A stretch of 64,000 bases of DNA from Actinomycetota bacterium (lineage in GTDB: Bacteria > Actinomycetota > Actinomycetes > Actinomycetales > Kineosporiaceae): assembly GCA_030837345.1 (NCBI GenBank), contig JAUPKQ010000051.1:717-64716 (forward strand), given 5' to 3'. The translations under genes were made by a program, and so were the position numbers. Positions within the stretch are counted from its first letter, which is position 1, and each line of letters opens with the position of its first letter. Under the pieces are notes generated by a model. It was not told the DNA's origin, did not search any database, and worked only from the letters and a program-made list of their open reading frames with translations. Below are positions 29,098-37,400 of this stretch, piece by piece.

Positions 29098-29161
29098 GGT
29101 GGGATCAGTGTGCGCGGCTGGTGTCGCGATCGCGACACCAGAGGCACACGCTGATCCCACC
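29098..29161. repeat. 64-bp near-perfect palindrome at the left edge of the low-GC island.
   Basis: ggtgggatcagtgtgcgcggctggtgtcgcga|tcgcgacaccagaggcacacgctgatcccacc. 28 of 32 positions pair. The central 20 bp, GGTGTCGCGATCGCGACACC (29120-29139), is perfect. Confidence 0.85.
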
Positions 29162-29665
29162 CCCGATCCACGCGGCGCATCCTCTACCCGATCCGCGACC
29201 ATTCAGCGCCGGGACCTGCCGCACGGACAGAGGCGGTTGCCTGACCGGTCTTTCAGCCGGATTCGGCGTCCTGCTGGTCGATCGCAACGGAATGGTCGCG
29301 GCCATCGGTACTACTGATGTTGAAATACTGTAGGACATACATGCGGCCGATTTCACAATCCGTGCGTATTGCGGCAGATAACTGTTCATGGAAAAGTGAT
29401 CGATCGAAGATCATTACAAGTGGTGTCATGGATCATCGCCGCGATTCCCCCGCTTCGTTCGGGGTGTAAACCGATACCGACATCGGATCCTGTCTCGCCG
29501 CAATCAGTCGTTTCGGCTTCGGGGATTTGTGTGCTGTACCGGGGTGATTGGCCTGGTAGGCGGTAGGTGTTTCTGGGCCAACTGTGCCTCGTCATTCGCG
29601 GTTGATTCGTTGCGGGTGTTCATGTTCACGAGAATCGTGAATCACACGGTGGATCGGAGGAAATT

Positions 29666-30316
29666 GTGTCAAGAACAAGGGTACTTCTGGTAACTCTCGC
29701 GTTGACTCTGTCGCTTTCACTCACCGGGGCGGAGGCTCGGGCTGCAGGGGCGAATGTTCAAGACCAGTCGCGAGTGGCTCGGATGCGTGTCGTTTCCTAC
29801 GGGCATGGCGGAACCGATGGTCATTCGTTTCTTTTGATCAACAACATCGACACTCTTCCACATTCACTGGTTGGAATGACGGTTGCAGTCGGAGGAGAGG
29901 TCTCCGTAGGAACCTGGGGGAACAAGCCGGACGGCAAAGGTGTGTACTTCAACCTTGAGCGTCACTTCGGCCCTGGCGCATACCCTGGACGCGTCTCATT
30001 GGAGATGAACTTGACGTCGGAGCAGCTTTCTACTGTATCGAAGCGCATAGTGGACAACAATTCGTGGGCCTTGGCGAACAACTGTTCTTCATTTGCGACA
30101 AAGGTCTGGAACTCGGTGGCCACCGTGAAGGTGAAAGCGGGGACCCCGAATACTCCCGCAAAGCTGACCGGTAACATCAAGACCCATGCCGGATGGGTTA
30201 CGAACACCGGGTTCTCCGCGTTGAACGACGACAGCCAGGTGTTTGCGCTGGAAGGCAAAGGCTCACGCAAGAATGTGAGCTCTGGTACGCTGACGAGCGG
30301 TAGTACGAGTGCATAG
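29666..30316 (+). CDS. Secreted protein of unknown function; first gene of the low-GC operon.
   Basis: GTG follows GGAGG with signal peptide 'VLLVTLALTLSLSLTGAEARA'. It contains 'GHSFLLINN' and 'NNCSSFATKVW', loosely reminiscent of the His / NCxxF Cys motifs of NlpC/P60-LRAT-type enzymes. That link is speculative. Confidence 0.6.
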   Translation: MSRTRVLLVTLALTLSLSLTGAEARAAGANVQDQSRVARMRVVSYGHGGTDGHSFLLINNIDTLPHSLVGMTVAVGGEVSVGTWGNKPDGKGVYFNLERHFGPGAYPGRVSLEMNLTSEQLSTVSKRIVDNNSWALANNCSSFATKVWNSVATVKVKAGTPNTPAKLTGNIKTHAGWVTNTGFSALNDDSQVFALEGKGSRKNVSSGTLTSGSTSA

Positions 30317-30345
30317 CTGTATCATCACTACACTAGGTGGCTGGC

Positions 30346-30645
30346 ATGGCGTTCCACTGGTGGTCCATTCCTGGATTCGTTCTCCTGGTCGTTCTGGGAC
30401 TGTTCTTCACGATGCGGGCAGGTCGAGGACTGTCTCGATCGGCCCGTGCTGTGATCTTTGGGGTCGAGGCAATCCTCCTCGGAATCCTGAGCTTTTTTGC
30501 CTGGTGGACGAATCAAGGTAATGAGAACTACTACGGGAATCTGCTCTTTCTTTACTCCATTGGATTCCTGATAGTGATTGTTGCGGTGATGATTGTGATC
30601 GAGTTGGTCCTCGTAGCGAAGGCTCGGGCTCATGCGAATCGTTGA
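30346..30645 (+). CDS. Small three-helix membrane protein.
   Basis: ATG at 30346 follows AGGTGG; the track start is GTG at 30337. Hydrophobic helices: 'WWSIPGFVLLVVLGLFF', 'AVIFGVEAILLGILSFFAWW', 'LLFLYSIGFLIVIVAVMIVIELVLV'. Confidence 0.55.
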   Translation: MAFHWWSIPGFVLLVVLGLFFTMRAGRGLSRSARAVIFGVEAILLGILSFFAWWTNQGNENYYGNLLFLYSIGFLIVIVAVMIVIELVLVAKARAHANR

Positions 30646-30925
30646 GCCGCACGGTGTGCACTTCACCCGGATTAACATCGTCGATAATCAGGTTGATCTT
30701 GAGGCTTCGTTCAGCACATCTGGCACGCGGTGTCTCTGGGTCCGATCGAAGATTATCGACGGGGATCTCTTGCTGTGGGTGTGGGGTTCCTCCGTGTTTG
30801 GAGGACATAGTGTGCGGTTCTGCCGACGCCTAGACCTTGACACTGTGGGCGTGGACCGGATCGTCCTCTGCGGAAGCACCCCGACGTCGAGTCGCACGCT
30901 CTGGTTCCGGGGGGACCGGAGGTGA
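30632..30925 (+). CDS. Hypothetical 97-aa protein.
   Basis: Its start overlaps the preceding gene by 14 nt, and its TGA overlaps the GTG of the next gene (GTGA). No family recognised. Confidence 0.45.
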   Translation: MRIVEPHGVHFTRINIVDNQVDLEASFSTSGTRCLWVRSKIIDGDLLLWVWGSSVFGGHSVRFCRRLDLDTVGVDRIVLCGSTPTSSRTLWFRGDRR

Positions 30926-31761
30926 CTCACCGGATGATTGTGTCGTGGGCGGTCAAAGGTGCGTCCATCGTTCTGGTTCTTGTTCTGATGGCGCTCGTGC
31001 TTCTGTACGGTCTCCAACGCTCGTTGGTGTATTACCTCGACCGGACGCCTGCGGGCACGGTGGCTGATCGGATTCCCGGGGCCGAGGACGTCGTCCTCCA
31101 CGCGATGAGCGGCCTTGATCTTGAAGCATGGATGCTGAAGCCCTCGGGCACCGACCGACGTCAGGCAGTCCTGTACTGCCCGGGTAATGCCGGCAATCGA
31201 CTCGATCGACTCAAGGTCGGATTGGCCCTTGCGTCAAGGGGGTTCACGGTGCTCCTGCTCGACTATCCCGGCGCGGGCGGGAATCCCGGGTCACCAACAG
31301 AGGGGAGCTTGGTGGCTGGTGCTCGGGCAGGTGCGGCCTATCTTAAGAACCGCGGTTTCGACAGCAAGCGCCTGATCTACGTGGGTGAATCCGTCGGGAC
31401 TGGAGTCGCCGCCGAGCTCGCCGCACTGGACCCCCCAGCTGGCGTATTGCTGAGGTCGCCGTTCACATCCCTCGATGATGTGGTCACCGAATCGTATCCC
31501 TTCATACCGGCGAGAGTACTTTTGAGAGATCATTTCGATAGCTCAAGGTACCTGAGCGGCAGTGACGTTCCGGTTCGTATTCTGTGCGGAAGTGCCGATG
31601 ACATTGTTTCTCCACGCTTGTCGATCCAATTGTCTCGTCAGGTGGGTCATCTGCAGGGTCTCGTCGTGATTCCGGATGCCGGACACAATGATGAAATCTG
31701 GTTCGGATCCCGATTGGCTGACGAGGTAACCGTCCTGGCGGACAGCGTCGACGGCCCATAG
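30922..31761 (+). CDS. Membrane-anchored alpha/beta hydrolase.
   Basis: N-terminal TM segment 'ASIVLVLVLMALVLLYGL'. 'LYCPGNAGN', the nucleophile elbow 'YVGESVGTGVA', 'CGSADDIV' and 'IPDAGHND' supply the Ser-Asp-His triad context. Confidence 0.8.
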   Translation: MTHRMIVSWAVKGASIVLVLVLMALVLLYGLQRSLVYYLDRTPAGTVADRIPGAEDVVLHAMSGLDLEAWMLKPSGTDRRQAVLYCPGNAGNRLDRLKVGLALASRGFTVLLLDYPGAGGNPGSPTEGSLVAGARAGAAYLKNRGFDSKRLIYVGESVGTGVAAELAALDPPAGVLLRSPFTSLDDVVTESYPFIPARVLLRDHFDSSRYLSGSDVPVRILCGSADDIVSPRLSIQLSRQVGHLQGLVVIPDAGHNDEIWFGSRLADEVTVLADSVDGP

Positions 31762-31762
31762 C

Positions 31763-32191
31763 TCATCGATGACCGGTTGGCTTGGCGAGGGCCAGGGGCG
31801 ACTGAAACCGACCGCGAATTTGGGTACTGCTTTGGATGACAGAATCTTGGGGGCGTTCATCCTCTTCTCCGAAGCCGATCGTTCGGTATCGGTGGAGAGG
31901 AGTCGGACACAGCGTAAGTGATCCGGTGCGAGCCGGTGGGATCGGGCGACACTCGTGGACCACCTGGTTGGTGTCCGCGACGTGTTCGAGCGCGTCGCAA
32001 CGGGCCACGTCGTCGAACGTGCTGCCAGGGAGCCGCAGGCGCTCGCCGTTCCAGGTCAGACAGGTGATGTCCAGCCGGGAGCTCTCGGCGTGGGCCTTCG
32101 ACGCGTCCGACGTCGAGGCGGGGGTGCCGAACTCACCGATGTCGTCGTCCCACCAGGAGTTCGCCAGGGTGTCGTAGAACGCGTTGTCCAT
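31763..32191 (-). pseudogene. Decayed class I SAM-dependent methyltransferase-like gene (motif I region missing).
   Basis: The N-terminus 'MDNAFYDTLANSWWDDD' and the later 'GSTFDDVARCDALEHVADTNQVVHEC' resemble UbiG-type methyltransferases. The GxGxG SAM-binding segment between them is absent, and the C-terminus is unrelated. Confidence 0.35.
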
Positions 32192-32247
32192 CGCTCAACA
32201 TGTACCCGTTCCTCTGGTTGTCCAGCAGCGCTCGGCCCGTCCTCTGC
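32192..32247. repeat. Diverged copy (49/56 nt) of the 5' end and leader of the GNAT gene at 33677-33732.
   Basis: cgctcaacatgtacccgttcctctggttgtccagcagcgctcggcccgtcctctgc versus cgctcaacacgtacccgttccgctggttgtccatcagtgttccgcccgtcctctcc. This copy encodes (L)DNQRNGYMLSD with ATG changed to CTG. Confidence 0.8.
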
Positions 32248-32401
32248 GACCGCTGAAATCGAACGCGTGACGGTTGGTCCTCCGTGACGAGGCGCTGCAC
32301 AGCGACGTCGGCACGGAGGACTGACCTGTCAACAGTGACCTGACCTATCGCTCGTGACCTAACCGGTCGGAGCGAAGGTGCGGGTGGGTCGGCACCACCT
32401 C

Positions 32402-32887
32402 TCAGCCCGTGTACCAGACGACGCAGCGAGCCGCGCTCGACACATAGTTCTTGCAGGTGGCCGTCTGGGTGTCGCTGATCTTCGTCCAGTTGCCCTGCTG
32501 AACCAGAAGGCTCTTCCCGTCGATCTCCAGATAGTAGGGCCGGTCATTGAAGGTGAAGGCATCGATGTCGGTGCCGGTGAAGTTGCCGCCTCGGGAGGAG
32601 TGCGGGCCGAGGTAGCGCTGCCAGCATTTCCAAATGCCCGGGTCAGATGCCGAACCACCGCTTCTGTTCCATACGTCGCATCTGTCCGTGGCATCGGCGC
32701 TGTTCAATCCGACGGTCGTGTACATCCCGAAGTCGGACTGGTTGTCGACCTTGCCGCAGACAACACCACCCGCGCACCCCGCGGCATGTGCGGGCCCGGC
32801 TGACACGACAACGGAACCGGAGGCGATCAGGGCTGCCACGACCAGCACCCGTGATGCACGGCGTCGGATACTGCTGAGAACTGGCAT
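32402..32887 (-). CDS. Small secreted Cys-rich protein, unknown function.
   Basis: Start MPVLSS with signal peptide 'VLVVAALIASGSVVVSAGPAHA'. The mature part has eight Cys. The long upstream ORF extension is Arg/Pro-rich and was rejected. Confidence 0.6.
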   Translation of the reverse strand: MPVLSSIRRRASRVLVVAALIASGSVVVSAGPAHAAGCAGGVVCGKVDNQSDFGMYTTVGLNSADATDRCDVWNRSGGSASDPGIWKCWQRYLGPHSSRGGNFTGTDIDAFTFNDRPYYLEIDGKSLLVQQGNWTKISDTQTATCKNYVSSAARCVVWYTG

Positions 32888-33233
32888 GGACACTCCTTGG
32901 CTGTGAGGACCGCGAACGAATTGGCTGAGATCCTTCCGAGGCGGGTGAGAGATCGTCAAGCGCTGCGGCGCAGAACGGGACGGTGAGACAACAAGGGGCT
33001 TGCTACCTGCAACGATGCCAGCAGATGGGACGTGTCCATTCCGGGGGTGGGCGTGGCTCGCGCCGTTTTGGGTGGATCGCGTGACGCTCCTTCGTCGAGG
33101 GCGCCGAGGGAGCCGAGGGAGCCGAGGGAGCGGCCCGAGGGCCGGGTGGGAGGCACGGCGGACGTGGAGAAGTCCGGATTCTCGATCAAGAAGTGACCCG
33201 GGGCCACCTCGGTGGTCCCGGGTGCGGCGGCGC

Positions 33234-33710
33234 TCAGGGGGTCTCGGCACCGCCGTGGGAGGCCAGGCCGAGGACGGCCGACCGCGTCGGGCGCCGGTCG
33301 ATCTCCATCCACCGGCCCACACCCTCCAGTTCGGAGAACCCGCACCGGCGGTACACCTCCTGGGCGTCCGCCGTGGCGAGGACGAACCTCGTCACGCCCA
33401 GCGCCGACAGGTCCGAGACGATCTTCTCGACCATCCACGTCCCCAGACCGCGGCCGCGGTGCGCCTTGTCGACGAACACGTCGGCGATCCAGGCGAACGT
33501 CGCCTCGTCGGTGACGGCGCGGGCGAAGGCACACTGCTCACCGTCGGCAAGCACCGAGTAGGCCCGTGAGGTTGTGATCGTCCGTTCGACGACGTCACGC
33601 TCGCGCCCGACCGCCCAGTACGACTCTTCGGACAACCACCGGTGCACCGTGTCGATGTCGACATCCCCCGGGTCGTCGCTCAACACGTACCCGTTCCGCT
33701 GGTTGTCCAT
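33234..33710 (-). CDS. GNAT-family N-acetyltransferase.
   Basis: 'FAWIADVFVDKAHRGRGLGTWMVEKIV' (acetyl-CoA motif A) and 'ATADAQEVYRRCGF'. Confidence 0.85.
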   Translation of the reverse strand: MDNQRNGYVLSDDPGDVDIDTVHRWLSEESYWAVGRERDVVERTITTSRAYSVLADGEQCAFARAVTDEATFAWIADVFVDKAHRGRGLGTWMVEKIVSDLSALGVTRFVLATADAQEVYRRCGFSELEGVGRWMEIDRRPTRSAVLGLASHGGAETP

Positions 33711-33732
33711 CAGTGTTCCGCCCGTCCTCTCC
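33677..33732. repeat. Master copy of the duplicated GNAT 5' segment (see 32192-32247).
   Basis: It covers the first 11 codons of the GNAT gene plus 22 nt of leader. Confidence 0.8.
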
Positions 33733-33811
33733 GGCTGCTGTCCCGTGCCCTCCGATCCTCCCGCACCCGGTGAAGCGGGTCAGGTCGTTATCCGGCGAAG
33801 CGGGTGAGGAG

Positions 33812-34414
33812 TCAGGTCGAGGCCCGGCGTTGCGACCGTGTGCGCACCGCGGCCTGGTAGGCGGTCGCCGCGGAGGGATGGGCCCCGGGGGCGGGCCACC
33901 AGCGGGCGCGGGCGAGGGTGAAGGGGTACCACCTCCGGTCCGGGCCGAGCCGCAGACGGATCCCCGCCGTGACGTCGACGATCTCGCCGGCGCCGAGGGT
34001 GAGATCGTCGGACGCGAACGCCCGCCGTCCGCGGACCTCCTCCGCCGCCGCCTCGAGATCCTCGGCGTCGCACGGTGTGCCCGCGAGGGCCGCGGCGACG
34101 CCGTCGTCGCCACCGTGCCGGTGAGCGAGCACGAGTCGTCGCAGGTCGTCCTCCGGGATGCCGGTGAGCCTCTCCGCCGCGGCGACGTGTCGTGCCCCGG
34201 CCGGGGTGGCGAGCATCCGGACGGCGTCGACGAGGGGATCTCCGGCCGTGGCGGGACCGCCCGCGAGAAGGGCGGTGGCGCGTTCGGCGGCGTCCGAGAC
34301 GAGAAGGCCGAGCTGCTCGGGGCCGGGGACGCCGGACGGCGTGGGCCAGGTCGCCCAGGCGTTCGCGTCTGGGAGGTCAGAGCGAGCCGCCCGGTCCGTG
34401 TCGTCGGTGGCCAT
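33812..34414 (-). CDS. Uncharacterised 200-aa protein translationally coupled to the SNF2 ATPase.
   Basis: The ATG shares one nucleotide with the SNF2 TGA (TGATG). The sequence has an acidic N-terminus and a Trp-rich C-terminus ('RRWYPFTLARARWWPAPG'). No family recognised. Confidence 0.6.
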   Translation of the reverse strand: MATDDTDRAARSDLPDANAWATWPTPSGVPGPEQLGLLVSDAAERATALLAGGPATAGDPLVDAVRMLATPAGARHVAAAERLTGIPEDDLRRLVLAHRHGGDDGVAAALAGTPCDAEDLEAAAEEVRGRRAFASDDLTLGAGEIVDVTAGIRLRLGPDRRWYPFTLARARWWPAPGAHPSAATAYQAAVRTRSQRRAST

Positions 34415-37400
34415 CAGAACTCCTCCTCGCCGGGCTCGGCCCCCGGACCGGTTCCGAGGGACACGAGGTCGGACAACTCGTCGTCGGACAGTTCGGTCAA
34501 GGCCGTACCGCCCGTCCCGAGCACCGCCTCGGTCAGCTCCCGCTTGCGGGCGAGGAGGTCGGCGATGCGGTCCTCGACGGTGCCTTCGGCGATCAGGTGG
34601 TGGACCTCGACGAGACCCCGGCGTCCGAGCCGGTGGGCCCGGTCGGTCGCCTGGTCCTCGACGGCGGGGTTCCACGGCCGGTCGACGTGGATCACGTGGC
34701 CGGCGCGGGTGAGGTTGAGCCCGGTCCCGGCGGCGCGGACGGACAGGATCAAGGCGTCGCCGTCCCCGGACTGGAACCGGTCGACCATCTGCTGCCGCGC
34801 CGCCAGCGGCACCCCGCCGTGGAGGAACTCCGCGCGGATGCCCCGGGCCGCGAGATGCGCGCGGACGAGGTGCCCCATGGTGACGTATCCGGTGAAGATC
34901 AGGGCCGCGTCGTCGGAGAGGACGACGGCCTCCATCAGGTCGTCGAGGGCGCCGAGCTTGCCGGACCGGGCAGCCTGCCGGTCGGCGTCCCAGTCCTCCG
35001 GGGACTCCCGCAGATAGTGGGCCGGGGAGTTGCAGATCTGGCGCAGGGACTGCACCAGGCGCAGCACCTGACCGCGCCGGTCAGGACCGCCGCTTGTCGC
35101 GATCCGCCGCAGGGCCTGGTCGGTGGCGGCGCGGTAGAGGGACGCCTGCTCGCGGGAGAGACCGACATACCGGTTGTCGACCACCTTGTCGGGCAGCTCG
35201 GGGGCGACACCGGGGTCGCTCTTGCGCCGCCGCAGGACGAACGGGGCGATGAGCCGGGCGAGCCGCCCGGTGGCGACCGGTGCGGGCCCGGCTGCCTCCT
35301 GATCGGTTGTCTCCTGCTCGCAGGCACGTGCGTACCGGTCGCGGAACGCCGTCAGAGAGCCGAACAGCCCCGGATTGGTCCAGTCGAGGATCGCCCACAG
35401 CTCCGACAACGAGTTCTCGACCGGGGTTCCCGTCACCGCGACCCGCGCCGCCGGACGCAACAGCCGCAACGCGCGGGCGGCCCGGGACCGGTGGTTCTTC
35501 ACCTGCTGTGCCTCGTCCGCCACGACGAGGTCCCAGGGGACGCCGGCGAGCCGCTCGGCGTCCCGCAGCAGCGTCCCGTAGGTGGTGACGACGACCTCCC
35601 CGTCGGCCAGGCCGTCGAGGGACCGGCCCGCCGCGTGGTAGCGGCGGACGACGACGCCCGGCGCGAACCGGGCGATCTCGCGTTCCCAGTTCGCGACCAG
35701 GGAGGCGGGGCAGACGACGAGCGTCGGCCCGGCGTCCCGGCGGAGCAGCCGGTAGGCGATGACGGTGACGGTCTTGCCGAGCCCCATGTCGTCGGCGAGC
35801 AGCGCGCCGAACCCCGCCGCCGTCACCCGGTCCAGCCAGTGGACGGCGACCTGCTGGTAGCCGCGCAGGGTCGCGGTCAGCCCCTCGGGCGGAGCGGCGT
35901 CGCCGCGCGGGCCGGATCCCGCGTCGCGCAGCGCGGTGACCAGGTCGGCCAGGCTCCCGGCCCCGGAGCAACTGAGGGTCCGTCCCCCGACGGTCACCTG
36001 GCCGGTGAGCGCCGCGCCGAGGGCCTGCGACCCGGTGAGGCGTCCGGCGTGACGGTCACCGGCGATCCTTCGGGTCTCGGCGTCGAGGACGACCCAGCGC
36101 CCGCGCAGACGCAGGACACCGTCGACGGCGTCGGCCGCGGCCTGTACCTCCTCGTCCGTCAGCGGCTCGTCGTCGAGGCTGAGCTGCCAGGCGAGGTCCG
36201 CGACGCCGGTGGGGGAGAACCCGCCCGATCCGCCGGAGGACCCCAAGGAGACGACGACGCCCGCGGTCAACGTCGGCGCTCCCAGCAGATCGGCGTGCCA
36301 CTCGGCCGTCACACCGAGCTCCGCGAGTCGTTCCCCGGCCGGGCCCAGCAGCTGGGAAGCGTCGGCTCCGCCGAGCGTCCCGTCGCGCCGGACCTGCTCC
36401 AGGGGCGGCCAGGCGCGGCAGGCCCGGCGCAGCAGGCGTTGCTCCGCACGGTTCGGAACCGCTCCCGTCGGGAAGAGCAGAGACGCGTGGAGCGGCAGGC
36501 CGACGTCGTCCGGCGGGCACAGGCGGATCACCAGCCGGGCCGGGGAGGCGCCCTCCGGCGTCCCGGCGGCCTCGGCGGCCTCGGCGGCGCTGTCCGCCCA
36601 TTCGGTCACCTCGGCGGTGAGGGGGCGGGGAGCGCCCGCGTACGGCAGATCCCCGATCACGAGCGAGGCCCCGGGCGGGCGCAGCACCGTGTCCGCCACG
36701 GCGTCGAGAATCCCCTCCACTGCCGGATCCGGAGGGCCGGAGGGCGCGACGCGCCAGCGGTCCCGGCCGTCGGCGTCCACGGCCGGGTGGACGCGCCGCG
36801 CGGCGATCGCCTCCAGTGCGGTCCGGGTGGCGAAGGCCCACCGTCGTGCCGAGGGGTGGACCGGGCCGTCGACGGCGAGCGGGTCGAGGGCGAGCAGCAG
36901 GGGCAGCGCTGTCCGGAGTCCGAGCTCGCACCCGGTCAGGGACTCAGGCAGCGGGCCCTCGATCCGCAGTCCCCGGTCGGTGACGCCGAGGGGGCATCCC
37001 GCGCGCATCAGCCGGGCGAAGATCCCCTCGGGGGTCCGGGACTGTTCGCGCCGGGCGCGGGCGAGACGGTCCAGATGAGCGAGTTCCGCGGCGAGTACCT
37101 GGTCGAGCAGGACGGCGGCCGCGGCGGCCTTCGCGTCGTTCTTGCTCGTGGCCTCGCCGGTCCCCGTGCAGGTGCCCGCGGCGTGGACGCACCGGGCGGC
37201 ACACGTGAAGACGGGCCGGTGCGCCGGTCCCGTCGCCTCGTGCGTGAAGGTCAGGTCGGTGATGACGCCGATCTGCGCGCGTTCGTTGAGGAGAGCGACC
37301 GGATGGCCGTCGGGAGCGGGCCCCCCGGACACGCCGTCACCGGTCACGGACGGCGCGAGGTCCCTGACGAGGGCCAGGGCGGCGGAGGCGCGGGCGGCCC

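Noticed and set aside
32888-33322. N-terminal extension of ORF 32402..33322 (306 aa) and other ORFs in the 32.9-33.2 kb spacer.
   Set aside because: The extension is Arg/Pro/Gly-rich. The signal-peptide-bearing start MPVLSS at 32887 gives a coherent secreted protein. The spacer ORFs are compositionally biased and mutually overlapping.
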